From: an uncultured Chromatiaceae bacterium
Lineage (GTDB): Bacteria; Pseudomonadota; Gammaproteobacteria; Tenderiales; Tenderiaceae
DNA: 64,000 bases
NCBI GenBank assembly: GCA_945787785.1
Contig: CALZIO010000006.1
Span: 9,453 to 73,452 of the forward strand
Direction: 5' to 3'
Part shown: positions 1-11,044 of the stretch, piece by piece
Layout of the letters: every line of letters begins with the position of its first letter
How positions within the stretch are numbered: position 1 is the stretch's first letter
Program-made: the position numbers and the translations under genes
The notes under the pieces: generated by a model
Seen by the model: the letters and a program-made list of their open reading frames with translations, nothing else
Database searches by the model: none
Told to the model about the DNA's origin: nothing

Positions 1-1
1 G

Positions 2-136
2 GGCCGCGTGACTGATCATCGCATTAACCTGACTTTATACAAGCTGGAAGATGTCATGAACGGCGGACTGGCCCAGGTCATCGACCCACTCACCAATGAA
101 TACCAGGCCGACCTGCTGGCAGCAATGAGCGAGTAA
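2..136 (+). CDS. prfA: peptide chain release factor 1, C-terminal fragment (5' end outside window)
   Basis: Frame-2 translation [44 protein letters not shown] matches the conserved RF1 C-terminus. It is followed 10 nt later by prmC, as in the classical prfA-prmC operon. Confidence 0.85.
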   Translation, partial: GRVTDHRINLTLYKLEDVMNGGLAQVIDPLTNEYQADLLAAMSE

Positions 137-146
137 ATTCGCTAAA

Positions 147-974
147 GTGACCAACATCGCCTCCGCACTAAGTGCTGCCAGAGACAAGATCGACCGTCTC
201 GACGCCGAAGTCCTGCTGGCTCATGTGCTGGATAAAGAACGCAGTTATTTGCGTGCCTGGCCAGAACGCGAGCTTGATGACGACGCCCTCTCGCGGTTTC
301 AACAGCTGCTCAGACGGCGGCAACAAGGTGAACCATTGGCCTACCTGACTGGCTGGCGCGAGTTCTGGTCACTGCTCTTACAGGTGACACCCGCCACCCT
401 GATTCCCAGACCCGAAACCGAACTACTAGTCGAACAAGCGTTGGAAAAAATTCCTGCTAATGCCAACTGGCACATCGCTGATCTTGGCACAGGCTCTGGC
501 GCTATTGCCCTGGCCATCGCTAGCGAACGCGCCACGTGTCAAATCATCGCAACTGACATCTGCGCGGAGGCACTTAAGGTGGCTCAGACAAACGCCCAAC
601 GCCTACAGCTTCACAATATTGAATTCCGGCAGGGAGAGTGGCGTGATGCTTTAAAACAAAACGAACACTTCGAATTAATCGTCTCCAACCCGCCCTACAT
701 CGATGTCGAAGATGAACATCTGCAAGGTGACGGCCTACCCTTTGAACCCCAAACAGCACTCACACCTGGCAAAGATGGCCTGTTAGCAATTCACATCATT
801 GTTGAACAGATGAAAGCTCACTTAAGCCCGCTGGGCTGGTTATTACTTGAACATGCTTACCACCAGGCTGCCGAAGTGCGTGAATTATTAGAACAACACA
901 ACTACAAAGAGATATCCACATTGCGTGACTTGAGCGGCAATGACCGCCTGACACAGGCTGTTGCGCCGACATAA
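147..974 (+). CDS. prmC: release-factor glutamine N5-methyltransferase (HemK/PrmC)
   Basis: GTG start. Contains the SAM-binding DLGTGSGAIA motif and the catalytic NPPY motif (VSNPPYI). Lies directly after prfA. Confidence 0.9.
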   Translation: MTNIASALSAARDKIDRLDAEVLLAHVLDKERSYLRAWPERELDDDALSRFQQLLRRRQQGEPLAYLTGWREFWSLLLQVTPATLIPRPETELLVEQALEKIPANANWHIADLGTGSGAIALAIASERATCQIIATDICAEALKVAQTNAQRLQLHNIEFRQGEWRDALKQNEHFELIVSNPPYIDVEDEHLQGDGLPFEPQTALTPGKDGLLAIHIIVEQMKAHLSPLGWLLLEHAYHQAAEVRELLEQHNYKEISTLRDLSGNDRLTQAVAPT

Positions 975-997
975 ACACGCCAATATTAGCTACACTA

Positions 998-1411
998 GTG
1001 AATATGGACACGCTTAAATTACCACGGCCCTTAGTCAATGCAATACTGGCACAGGCGCAACAGTCACCTGAAAATGAAATCTGTGGCCTGATTGGCGGCA
1101 AGCTGGGCGTCGCGGAAAACTGCTACCCCATCGACAACACCGCCCTTGACCAGACACGACGCTATCTGATGGATCCAAAAGAACAGATCGATGCCATGCG
1201 CAAGATGCGAGAGAATGATGAAGACTTGATCGCCATCTATCACTCTCATCCACACGCCCCTGCGTTACCATCTGAAACTGATTTGGCCGAAGCAGAATAT
1301 CCTGAGGCTGCCTATCTAATCATTTCGCTGGATACTGTTGGTGTCTTGGAAATAGTAGCTTTTTGTATTAAAGACAAACAGGCCAGCGAGGTTAAACTGG
1401 AACTTGTTTAG
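998..1411 (+). CDS. JAMM/MPN (Mov34) family metallopeptidase-like protein
   Basis: N-terminal E-x-CG (ENEICGLIGG) and the JAMM motif HSHPHAPALPSETD (H-x-H-x7-S-x2-D). Confidence 0.75.
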   Translation: MNMDTLKLPRPLVNAILAQAQQSPENEICGLIGGKLGVAENCYPIDNTALDQTRRYLMDPKEQIDAMRKMRENDEDLIAIYHSHPHAPALPSETDLAEAEYPEAAYLIISLDTVGVLEIVAFCIKDKQASEVKLELV

Positions 1412-1444
1412 ACGAGGGCACAGTTTATAAATACGGAGATCACA

Positions 1445-2212
1445 ATGAAATCAATCTTATGGTTCACGTTGTTTTGTTTATTACCTCTTATCTCTAGTGC
1501 CGCCCCCGAACTCAGCGGCAGCCCCCATGAACTTTCACAATACCTGCTTGATCAGAGGAGGATTATTAACATCCATGGTGAAGCTGAGAAAAAAGTGGAA
1601 GCAGATACTGCCATTGTCACCATCAGCGTCAAAACCAAAGAAAGCCAATTAAAACTAGCGCTCCAAAAAAACGAAGACATCAGAAAAAACTTAAAAGAAA
1701 AATTGGTGAAAGCCGGCATTTCAGAAGAGAAAATCCAGTCATCCAAGTTTTCCTCCACACCTAATTACGGATGGATTAAAGATAAACCCAAAAACTACGA
1801 AGTCAGCAATGAGGTCAAAATATCCATCACTAATGAAACCCAACTCCAGGCAATTGCCAAACTGGTTGATAGCCAAAAAGAGGTTTTTCTAGGTGCAACC
1901 GATCATGAAGATTCGGCCAAGGAAGACAACAAATTGGAAGCACTAGAAGCGGCTCTCAATGACGTGCAGAGAAAACGTGCGCTCTATGAAAAAAATCTGG
2001 GAATCAACCTGAAGCCGGTGCGTATCAGTAACCAAAATGTTTATGAACAAAAAACCATGGTAAGACACAGAGCTGTTCAACAAGCTAGTGAAGGTGCTTA
2101 TCTGTCAAGCCAGTCAGCAGATGTGGCAATGGAACCGCCAGCTCAACCATCCAGTGATTTCGGCAGTATTACTTACAAAGCAAATACAAGTATTGAATTT
2201 ATCACCAACTGA
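1445..2212 (+). CDS. SIMPL/DUF541-like periplasmic protein
   Basis: Signal peptide MKSILWFTLFCLLPLISSAAP. Lys/Glu-rich two-lobed layout typical of the 26-kDa periplasmic immunogenic protein family. Assigned by recognition only. Confidence 0.55.
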   Translation: MKSILWFTLFCLLPLISSAAPELSGSPHELSQYLLDQRRIINIHGEAEKKVEADTAIVTISVKTKESQLKLALQKNEDIRKNLKEKLVKAGISEEKIQSSKFSSTPNYGWIKDKPKNYEVSNEVKISITNETQLQAIAKLVDSQKEVFLGATDHEDSAKEDNKLEALEAALNDVQRKRALYEKNLGINLKPVRISNQNVYEQKTMVRHRAVQQASEGAYLSSQSADVAMEPPAQPSSDFGSITYKANTSIEFITN

Positions 2213-2271
2213 GCGCCGTGGGAGCGGACCGGGCTTTCACTGGCCACTAATGGCGCAACACACGCCTAAGG

Positions 2272-2676
2272 CTAGTAGCCACCCCTAATGAAATCAATGC
2301 TGTGCTTTAAGACATCACGCCATTGCTGCTCAAGCTCAGAGGTAAACTCAGGGTCAGATTCGCCAATCACGCTCACCAGAGAGTCCAGCCAATCATCATA
2401 TAACTCCGGACTGATATTGAGCTTGTCACGGGCGTGAGTCTCACGAATTTTTTCCATTGAGTGAGTTGCAATTACGTTGTCTCGAGGATACAGAATCGCC
2501 ATTGACAAGGACATCTTCAATATTTCTTTTTGTTTTTCAAGGTCGGTGTTAGCAAACCTAGCAGCAATCGCTGGATTACTAGCCATGAATTTTTGATAAA
2601 AACTGCTCATTAAGTCCTTATTTGCCAAGGACCTGCCATAACTCTGCTTAACTGCATCAACTACTTCTTTATCCAT
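2272..2676 (-). CDS. single-domain globin-like protein
   Basis: 134 aa. The helical pattern SFYQKFMASNPAIAARF ... KIRETHARDKLNISPELYDDW resembles a bacterial globin fold with a candidate proximal His. Recognition-level call. Confidence 0.5.
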   Translation of the reverse strand: MDKEVVDAVKQSYGRSLANKDLMSSFYQKFMASNPAIAARFANTDLEKQKEILKMSLSMAILYPRDNVIATHSMEKIRETHARDKLNISPELYDDWLDSLVSVIGESDPEFTSELEQQWRDVLKHSIDFIRGGY

Positions 2677-2841
2677 ATGCCTTCACTCATCCGGTTTGCC
2701 AACATTAAGCTAAATACTCCCTAGAGCTAATCAACTCCATTTCCACTGCTAAATACTCAACCAGCAGAAATGGCGGGAACTGCAACTCATATGAAGTTTT
2801 CGGTTTAATCAGGATTTTGTTTAATTTATTTAATATCAAAC

Positions 2842-2875
2842 AAAAAAGGCCACACCTAATGGGGCGGCCTTTTTG
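2842..2875 (-). terminator. rho-independent terminator downstream of gatB
   Basis: aaaaaaGGCCacaCCtaatGGggcGGCCttttt. GC-rich imperfect hairpin flanked by an A-run and a T-run. On the minus strand it is followed by TTTTTTGTTT, 35 nt after the gatB stop. Confidence 0.6.
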
Positions 2876-2909
2876 GAATAGAAAAATATTCACAAATACT
2901 AATGCAGAG

Positions 2910-4343
2910 TCATTCCTGAAGCTTTTGCTTCAACAACTGATTAACCTGGCCAGGATTTGCCTTGCCTTGTGACGCCTTCATCACCTGACCAACAAAAAAA
3001 CCGAGCATCTTTTCTTTACCGGCTTTGTAATCTGCAATTTGCTTCGGATTATTGGCCAACACTTCATCAATTATCTTTTCGATTGCACCGCTGTCAGTGA
3101 CCTGCTTCAATCCCTTGGCTTCGATAATGGAATCGGCATCACCTTCACCTTCCCACATTGCAGTAAAAACCTGTTTCGCGATTTTGCCTGAGATGGTGTT
3201 GTCTTTGATACGGATGATTATGCCCCCCAACATTTCGGGCAAAATAGGACTATCACTCAGCTCTCTGCCATCCTTGTTCAAGGCACCAAGCAACTCACCG
3301 ATCACCCAGTTAGCGGCCAGCTTGGCATCTTCACTCGCCTTAACTGTTGCCTCATAGTAATCAGCCAGTACGCGACTGCTGGTCAGCGTAGCGGCATCCT
3401 CTGGCTTGATACCATACTCAGTTACAAATCGCTGTTGCTTGGCATTAGGCAATTCCGGCAGGGTGATCCGCACTGATTCGATATAGTCATCATCAATCTC
3501 AACGGGTAACAGGTCAGGATCAGGGAAGTAGCGATAGTCAAAGGCCTCTTCCTTAGAGCGCATAGCGCGGGTCTCGCCCTTGTCCGGATCGTACAGGCGG
3601 GTTTCCTGGACTACAGCACCACCACCCTCAATGACATCTATCTGGCGCTCAACCTCGAAGTTGATGGCGCGCTCTACAAAACGAAACGAGTTGATATTTT
3701 TTAATTCAGTACGGGTACCGAATTCTTCGTCACCCTTGAGCCGCACCGACACGTTGGCATCACAGCGGAAAGAACCTTCCTGCATGTTGCCATCACAAAT
3801 CTCCAAATACTGCACCAGGGAGTGAATTTTTTTCATATAGGCAACCGCCTCTTTGGCGGAACGCATGTCAGGTTCAGACACGATCTCCAGCAATGGCGTG
3901 CCAGCACGATTCAAATCGATACCGGTCATGCCGTGAAAATCCTCATGTAAGGATTTACCGGCATCTTCTTCCAGATGGGCACGGGTGATTCCAACCGTTT
4001 TGCTTGAGCCATCTTCCAGCTCAATCTCCAGATGGCCCTTGGCCACAATGGGCAGCTCAAACTGACTGATCTGATAGCCTTTGGGCAGATCGGGGTAAAA
4101 ATAGTTTTTGCGGGCGAAGACAGAGCGGCGCGTAATCTCACAATCGTTGGCCAAACCGAATTTCACTGCCATGCGTACCGCTTCTTTATTCAACACCGGC
4201 AACACACCCGGCAATCCCAGATCTACGGCGCAGGCCTGGGTATTGGGCGCTGCACCATAGGCGGTTGAGGCACCAGAAAAAATCTTACTCTTGGTCGCAA
4301 GCTGGGCGTGGATTTCCAGACCGATGACGACTTCCCATTGCAT
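2910..4343 (-). CDS. gatB: Asp-tRNA(Asn)/Glu-tRNA(Gln) amidotransferase subunit B
   Basis: 477 aa with the typical N-terminus [15 protein letters not shown] and a full-length GatB pattern. Last gene of the gatC-gatA-gatB order. Confidence 0.95.
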   Translation of the reverse strand: MQWEVVIGLEIHAQLATKSKIFSGASTAYGAAPNTQACAVDLGLPGVLPVLNKEAVRMAVKFGLANDCEITRRSVFARKNYFYPDLPKGYQISQFELPIVAKGHLEIELEDGSSKTVGITRAHLEEDAGKSLHEDFHGMTGIDLNRAGTPLLEIVSEPDMRSAKEAVAYMKKIHSLVQYLEICDGNMQEGSFRCDANVSVRLKGDEEFGTRTELKNINSFRFVERAINFEVERQIDVIEGGGAVVQETRLYDPDKGETRAMRSKEEAFDYRYFPDPDLLPVEIDDDYIESVRITLPELPNAKQQRFVTEYGIKPEDAATLTSSRVLADYYEATVKASEDAKLAANWVIGELLGALNKDGRELSDSPILPEMLGGIIIRIKDNTISGKIAKQVFTAMWEGEGDADSIIEAKGLKQVTDSGAIEKIIDEVLANNPKQIADYKAGKEKMLGFFVGQVMKASQGKANPGQVNQLLKQKLQE

Positions 4344-4368
4344 TATTAATTCCTCTTCAAAACCTTAA

Positions 4369-4446
4369 AGTCCGCGAAAAACGCAAATAAACGCCAAAGA
4401 TGATTTTTATTTTATTATTTGCGTCCATTTGCGTGTTTGGCGGACT
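4369..4446. repeat. 78-nt imperfect palindrome in the gatA-gatB intercistronic spacer
   Basis: Arms AGTCCGCgAAAaACGCAAATaaACGC and GCGTccATTTGCGTgTTTgGCGGACT surround an AT-rich loop. The terminal 7-mers AGTCCGC (4369-4375) and GCGGACT (4440-4446) are perfect complements. Confidence 0.7.
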
Positions 4447-4460
4447 AAATTTACTTAAAT

Positions 4461-5915
4461 TTACTTAAAAGCCTCTGGCGCTTGAGCATGCCAGTCAGTT
4501 GTCTGCTGGTATTGATGCGCCACATTCAGCAAACGCGCCTCGTCAAAATAATTGCCAATGATCTGCAAGCCAACAGGGCGCTTGCCCACAAAACCGGCTG
4601 GCACCGACATACCCGGCAATCCGGCCAGGTTGGTAGCAATGGTGTAGGCGTCAGATAAATACATAGTGACCGGGTCATCCGTCTTTTCACCCAGATTGAA
4701 GGCAACCGTTGGCGTGGCCGGCCCAATAATGACATCCACTTGTTCAAACGCCCGCTTGAAATCCTGGCTGATTAACTGACGTACTTTCTGTGCCTTTAAA
4801 TAGTAGGCATCGTAATAGCCGGCAGACAGAGCATAGGTGCCAATCATAATGCGGCGCTTCACTTCTGCACCAAAGCCCTCACCACGTGAGCGCTTGTATA
4901 AATCAGTCAGATCTTTTGGATTCTCACAGCGATGACCAAAACGCACACCATCAAAACGGGACAGATTTGAGGAACACTCGGCCGGGGCAACTACATAGTA
5001 GGCAGGCACGGACAAGCCGGTATTGGGCAGGCTGATCTCAACCACTTCTGCACCCAGCTTTTTATATTCTGCTATCGCCACCTCAATGGCGGTGGCAACA
5101 TCGTTATCCAAGCCTTCACTGAAATACTCTTTTGGCAGACCGATCTTCAAGCCAGCAATGGAATCATTAAGTGAGGTAGTGTAATCGGGCACCGCCTGAT
5201 CGACACTGGTGGAGTCTTTCTCGTCAAAACCGGCCATGACATTCATCATCAGGGCACAGTCTTCAGCTGTGCGCGCCATGGGCCCGGCCTGATCAAGACT
5301 GGAAGCAAAGGCGATCATGCCGTAACGCGAAACGCGGCCATAGGTTGGCTTGAGGCCGGTAATGCCACACAGCGCCGCTGGCTGGCGGATCGAGCCACCG
5401 GTATCGGTGCCCGTTGCGGCAGGCGCCAGACGTGCCGCCACCACCGCCGCTGAACCGCCTGAAGAACCGCCCGGCACCGCATCCAGATCCCAGGGGTTTT
5501 TTACCGCACCGTAAAAACTGGTCTCATTGGATGAGCCCATGGCAAACTCATCCATATTGGTCTTACCCAGCATCACGGCACCGGCCTGTTTAAATTTACT
5601 GATCACAGTGGCATCGTAGGGTGAAATAAAGTTATCCAGCATTTTCGAACCACAGCTGGTCTTCACCCCTTCAGTGCAAAAAATATCTTTCTGCGCCAAT
5701 GGGATACCGGTCAATGGCCCAGCCTGACCCGCCTGGCGCTGCTCATCCGCTGCCCTGGCTGCGGCCAAGGCCCCATCAGCAGTCACCGTAATGTAGCTGT
5801 TGACCTGGGCATCCAGCTTATCGATACGATCGAGATAGGCTCGCGTCAGTTCTTCGCTGGAAAACTCGCCCTGTTGCAGGGACTGGGATAATTCGGCGAT
5901 AGTTTTGTTTTGCAT
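4461..5915 (-). CDS. gatA: Asp-tRNA(Asn)/Glu-tRNA(Gln) amidotransferase subunit A
   Basis: 484 aa with the amidase signature [13 protein letters not shown] and a GatA-type N-terminus. Confidence 0.95.
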   Translation of the reverse strand: MQNKTIAELSQSLQQGEFSSEELTRAYLDRIDKLDAQVNSYITVTADGALAAARAADEQRQAGQAGPLTGIPLAQKDIFCTEGVKTSCGSKMLDNFISPYDATVISKFKQAGAVMLGKTNMDEFAMGSSNETSFYGAVKNPWDLDAVPGGSSGGSAAVVAARLAPAATGTDTGGSIRQPAALCGITGLKPTYGRVSRYGMIAFASSLDQAGPMARTAEDCALMMNVMAGFDEKDSTSVDQAVPDYTTSLNDSIAGLKIGLPKEYFSEGLDNDVATAIEVAIAEYKKLGAEVVEISLPNTGLSVPAYYVVAPAECSSNLSRFDGVRFGHRCENPKDLTDLYKRSRGEGFGAEVKRRIMIGTYALSAGYYDAYYLKAQKVRQLISQDFKRAFEQVDVIIGPATPTVAFNLGEKTDDPVTMYLSDAYTIATNLAGLPGMSVPAGFVGKRPVGLQIIGNYFDEARLLNVAHQYQQTTDWHAQAPEAFK

Positions 5916-5974
5916 CTTTTTGAGATTGTCTGTTTGGATGGAAATTCTTGCGTGAGATTCTATCTATTAAGCAC

Positions 5975-6262
5975 TCACTCAATCACTTTGGGCACCAGGT
6001 AGAGACCATTTTCCACTTGTGGCGCGACTGTCTGGAACTGGTCGCGCCGGTCTTTCTCAGTCACGACATCGTCACGCAGGCGTTGGGCCATTTCCAGCGG
6101 ATGCGCCATTGGCTCAACGTCATCAGTATTTACACTGTCCATTTGCGCCACCAAATCGAGAATATTGGACAAGTTGCGGGCAACTTCAGGCACATCATTT
6201 TCGGCAATTTCAAGACGCGCCAGTTGGGCTATCTTGTCTACATCGCTACGCTCAAGGCTCAT
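5975..6262 (-). CDS. gatC: Asp-tRNA(Asn)/Glu-tRNA(Gln) amidotransferase subunit C
   Basis: 95 aa beginning [19 protein letters not shown], a typical GatC. Lies upstream of gatA. Confidence 0.9.
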   Translation of the reverse strand: MSLERSDVDKIAQLARLEIAENDVPEVARNLSNILDLVAQMDSVNTDDVEPMAHPLEMAQRLRDDVVTEKDRRDQFQTVAPQVENGLYLVPKVIE

Positions 6263-6336
6263 TTCTCGACTCCAGATTTACATATTAGTGTCCGCCCTGG
6301 CTTCCTCCCAGGACGAAGCTGGCAAACTTAGCATAA

Positions 6337-7482
<1,146 letters not shown>

Positions 7483-7573
7483 ACACAGATCTTTTGCTTG
7501 GATGAGCACAATGATATGTGCGAGTTACACTATACGGATTTAACCATCAGCCTCATGGGCTAGAGGGAGCGTC

Positions 7574-8449
7574 ATTAAACCCTTATTTATTCACGGCTCA
7601 TCAGCCAACGTCCGCTTTATGGCGTGCGTAATAATCTCTATTTTATTGATGACACTGGATCACCGCTTTCAGTACATGAAAGAGGTGCGCGCCGCCGTCT
7701 CAGTGATTGTCTACCCCATCCAATCCATCGTCAATTTTCCCGTAGCTGCTGGGGAATGGATGGATGAGAATTTCTCCACGCGCGAATCCTTAATGGCTGA
7801 AGTTACCACCCTCAAAACCCAGCAACTGCTCTATGATGTGCGATTGCAAAAATTGGCCGCGGTCGAAAGTGAAAACAGGCGTCTGCGCCAGCTACTCGAT
7901 TCGTCGTTCAAGGTGGGCGAACGAGTATTAATCGCCGAACTGCTGGCAGTAGACATGGAACCATTCACCAGTGAAATCATCATAAATAAAGGCAGTGGCC
8001 ATGAACTTTATGAGGGTCAGCCCTTGCTCGATGCCAACGGCATCATGGGACAGATCACCAAAATCGGACCACTCACCAGCACAGCCATGTTAATCAGCGA
8101 CCCCAACCATGCCATTCCGGTAGCGGTGAACCGCAATGGTCTGCGCACCATCGCCATAGGCACCGGCAATCCGGAAGAACTGGACATCCCCCACTTCCCC
8201 AACAACGCCGACATCCAGATTGGCGACCTGTTGGTTAGCAGTGGCCTGGGCGGGCGCTTCCCCCAAGGTTATCCGGTAGCCACCATAAGCACGATTGACA
8301 TCGATCCTGGCCAGCCCTTTGCCCGCGTGGGCGCCAAACCCGCCGCAGAGTTGCAACGCAGCCGCGAGGTGTTATTGGTCTGGCCCAGAACACCAGCGAT
8401 TCAAACTGAGACAGAAACAGAAACAACAGAAGCAGAGGATCAAGACTGA
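7574..8449 (+). CDS. mreC: rod-shape-determining protein MreC (probable ATT start)
   Basis: The conserved MreC N-terminus (I/M)KPLFIHGSSANVRF lies upstream of the first ATG (7619) and in frame with it. No ATG/GTG/TTG/CTG occurs between the in-frame stop at 7541 and 7619. SD GAGGGAG (7563-7569) lies 4 nt before ATT 7574. Confidence 0.8.
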   Translation: MKPLFIHGSSANVRFMACVIISILLMTLDHRFQYMKEVRAAVSVIVYPIQSIVNFPVAAGEWMDENFSTRESLMAEVTTLKTQQLLYDVRLQKLAAVESENRRLRQLLDSSFKVGERVLIAELLAVDMEPFTSEIIINKGSGHELYEGQPLLDANGIMGQITKIGPLTSTAMLISDPNHAIPVAVNRNGLRTIAIGTGNPEELDIPHFPNNADIQIGDLLVSSGLGGRFPQGYPVATISTIDIDPGQPFARVGAKPAAELQRSREVLLVWPRTPAIQTETETETTEAEDQD

Positions 8450-8940
8450 TGGCGCATGTCACTCGAGGTGGAGGCATGGTGATCATTGCTCTCACCTTTA
8501 TCGCCGCCCTGGTCCTGACCATTGTGCCGCTGCCGCAGTGGCTGGCTGTCTTCCGCCCGGAGTGGCTGGCGCTTGTGATCATCTACTGGTGTATGGCGTT
8601 GCCGCACCGCCTAGGCATCTTCACGGCTTTCAGTGTGGGCATCATTCTTGACGTACTCAAAGGCGCAGTGTTGGGACAACACGCCCTGGCACTGGTAGTG
8701 ATCACCTACCTCACGCTTAAAATCTACCAGCAAATACGCATCTACCCGATGTGGCAACAGGCTTTAAGCATTATGGGCCTGGTCATTCTTTACCTAGTCC
8801 TGGTGATGTGGATCAATGGGATTAGTGGCATTCAAACTAACAACTGGACTTACTGGCTGCCTGCGATCAGCAGTACTTTGTTATGGCCCTGGATATACCT
8901 GATCCTGAGAGATATTCGGCGCAACTTTGGAATCAGGTAG
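8449..8940 (+). CDS. mreD: rod-shape-determining protein MreD
   Basis: 163-aa polytopic membrane protein. Its start overlaps the mreC stop (TGATG). Position in the mreBCD operon supports the call. Confidence 0.85.
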   Translation: MAHVTRGGGMVIIALTFIAALVLTIVPLPQWLAVFRPEWLALVIIYWCMALPHRLGIFTAFSVGIILDVLKGAVLGQHALALVVITYLTLKIYQQIRIYPMWQQALSIMGLVILYLVLVMWINGISGIQTNNWTYWLPAISSTLLWPWIYLILRDIRRNFGIR

Positions 8941-8952
8941 GAATTAAGCAAG

Positions 8953-10815
8953 TTGTCTCCACAAATCGCCATCAAGGATCAAATTCGTGAAGGGCAGCTT
9001 TTCAGCTCCCGCGCTATTATCGCCTTGATAGGCATCATCCTAACGCTGTTAGCGATTATCACCCGCATGATGTATCTGCAGATCATCGGCCATGAACACT
9101 ACACCACCCTATCGCAAAACAACCGTGTCAGTATTCAGCCACTGGCGCCAACACGCGGCCTGATCTTCGATCGCAATGGCATTATCCTGGCGCAAAATCT
9201 GCCTACATTTACCCTGGAAATAATTCCGGAGCGGGTTGAGGATATTGACCTGACCATCGCTGAACTGGTGCAGATCATCGAAATTAGTGACAATGACATC
9301 AGTCGTTTTCATGAGCGCCTCAAACAAAAGCGCCGCTTCCAGTCGATTCCGTTGCGACTTCGCTTGAGTGAAGAAGAGGTGGCCCGCCTGGCCGTGAATC
9401 GCCATCGCTTTCCCGGCATTGAAATTGCGGCCCGGCTGATACGCGAATACCCTCAGGGCAACCTGGCCGTGCACGCAGTGGGTTACGTTGCTCGCATTAA
9501 CGAAAAAGAGCTTAATGAAATTGACCCATCCAACTATGCCGCCACCAACCACATCGGCAAATTGGGCATAGAAAAAAGTTACGAACATTTGCTGCACGGC
9601 AGCGTCGGTTACCAACGCGTCGAAACCAATGTGCTGGGCCGCACGTTACGGGTGCTGGACCGCACCCCGCCCGTACCGGGAGAGGACATTGTCCTGACCC
9701 TGGACGCAAATTTGCAACGAACCGCCAAACAGGCCTTAGGGGATGCCAGTGGCGCCGTGGTGGCGATCAACCCCAAAAATGGCGATGTGCTGGTGCTGGC
9801 CAGTACGGGTGATTTCGACCCCAACCTATTCGTCAATGGTATCGACCATAAAACCTATAATGAGCTGCAAACATCCCGGTTAAAACCTCTATTTAACCGC
9901 GCACTGCTGGGGCAATACCCTCCCGGGTCCACCATTAAACCCTTTATCGGTTTGGCCGGCTTGGAGTCTGACTTCATCACTCCAAAAACCACGCTGTTTT
10001 GCCGCGGCTGGCACACCATCAAGGATGATGAGCGCAAATATCGTGACTGGAAAAAAGAGGGGCATGGCGTAACCAACTTTAAGAAGTCGATCACCGAGTC
10101 ATGCGATGTCTATTATTACGACCTGGCTCAGACCATGGGCATCGATCGCATTCACGACTTTCTCGCCCCGTTTGGTTTCGGCGAGACGTCCGGCATCGAC
10201 ATCGGTGGTGAAGCCAGTGGCATACTGCCATCCACTGGCTGGAAACGCCAAGCCCGCGGAGAACCCTGGTATCTCGGCGAGACCCTGATAGCAGGTATTG
10301 GCCAGGGTTATACCCTGGCAACGCCATTACAGCTGGCCCGGGCCACCGCCGCACTGGCCAACCATGGCAACACAATTCAACCCCACTTACTCAGCTATGT
10401 AGCTTTGTCCAACAACGAAAAAATTGAATTCATACCCGACCGTGACAGCATCAGCATCAACAAAATCAATCCGAAAAACTGGGAAATTACTATTGCCGCC
10501 ATGGAAAACGTCATCTATGGACTGCGCGGCACAGCGCGGCGCATCAATCATGGCCAGCCGTACAAAATCGCGGGTAAGACCGGCACCGCCCAGGTCTTTG
10601 GCATCAAACAGGAAGAAGAATATGTCGCCGAAGACATCGCAAAACATCTACGCGATCATGCCCTGTTTATTGCCTTTGCCCCAAGTGACGATCCAGAAAT
10701 CGCCATCGCAGTGATTGTGGAAAATGGCGGGCACGGCGGCTCCACGGCCGCCCCCATTGCCGGCGCAGTGATCGACCAGTATCTAAGCCTGGATTTCTCA
10801 CCAGGCGGCAAGTGA
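8953..10815 (+). CDS. mrdA: penicillin-binding protein 2 (elongasome transpeptidase)
   Basis: TTG start, 620 aa. Transpeptidase motifs STIKP (SxxK), SCD-type SxD/N and KTGTA. Lies upstream of rodA. Confidence 0.9.
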   Translation: MSPQIAIKDQIREGQLFSSRAIIALIGIILTLLAIITRMMYLQIIGHEHYTTLSQNNRVSIQPLAPTRGLIFDRNGIILAQNLPTFTLEIIPERVEDIDLTIAELVQIIEISDNDISRFHERLKQKRRFQSIPLRLRLSEEEVARLAVNRHRFPGIEIAARLIREYPQGNLAVHAVGYVARINEKELNEIDPSNYAATNHIGKLGIEKSYEHLLHGSVGYQRVETNVLGRTLRVLDRTPPVPGEDIVLTLDANLQRTAKQALGDASGAVVAINPKNGDVLVLASTGDFDPNLFVNGIDHKTYNELQTSRLKPLFNRALLGQYPPGSTIKPFIGLAGLESDFITPKTTLFCRGWHTIKDDERKYRDWKKEGHGVTNFKKSITESCDVYYYDLAQTMGIDRIHDFLAPFGFGETSGIDIGGEASGILPSTGWKRQARGEPWYLGETLIAGIGQGYTLATPLQLARATAALANHGNTIQPHLLSYVALSNNEKIEFIPDRDSISINKINPKNWEITIAAMENVIYGLRGTARRINHGQPYKIAGKTGTAQVFGIKQEEEYVAEDIAKHLRDHALFIAFAPSDDPEIAIAVIVENGGHGGSTAAPIAGAVIDQYLSLDFSPGGK

Positions 10816-11032
10816 TTCTTTACAAGTACCCAAGTAAAAAGGATAGATAATCGAAATGAATTCAGAACTCAGCATTACCAGACAATGCCTATCTCGGCTC
10901 TGGCTTGTCCTCACACGCCTCAGCTTGCTCTTCACTCAAGATGTAGCGACCGCTACATCTTTCCTTCCAGAGCTTCGCCGAGACATGCGGGTCCGGCGCC
11001 AGCAACCGAGATCCTGGTGAGAAATCCGGGCT
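10786..11032 (+). other. structured 229-nt mrdA-rodA spacer bounded by a 20-bp long-range inverted repeat
   Basis: AGCCTGGATTTCTCACCAGG (10786-10805, inside the mrdA 3' end) is complementary to CCTGGTGAGAAATCCGGGCT (11013-11032), with one U-G wobble. Nested stems: 10892-10903 with 10967-10983, and the hairpin GATGTAGCG-ac-CGCTACATC at 10940-10959. Confidence 0.7.
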
Positions 11033-11044
11033 AGGAGAACAACT

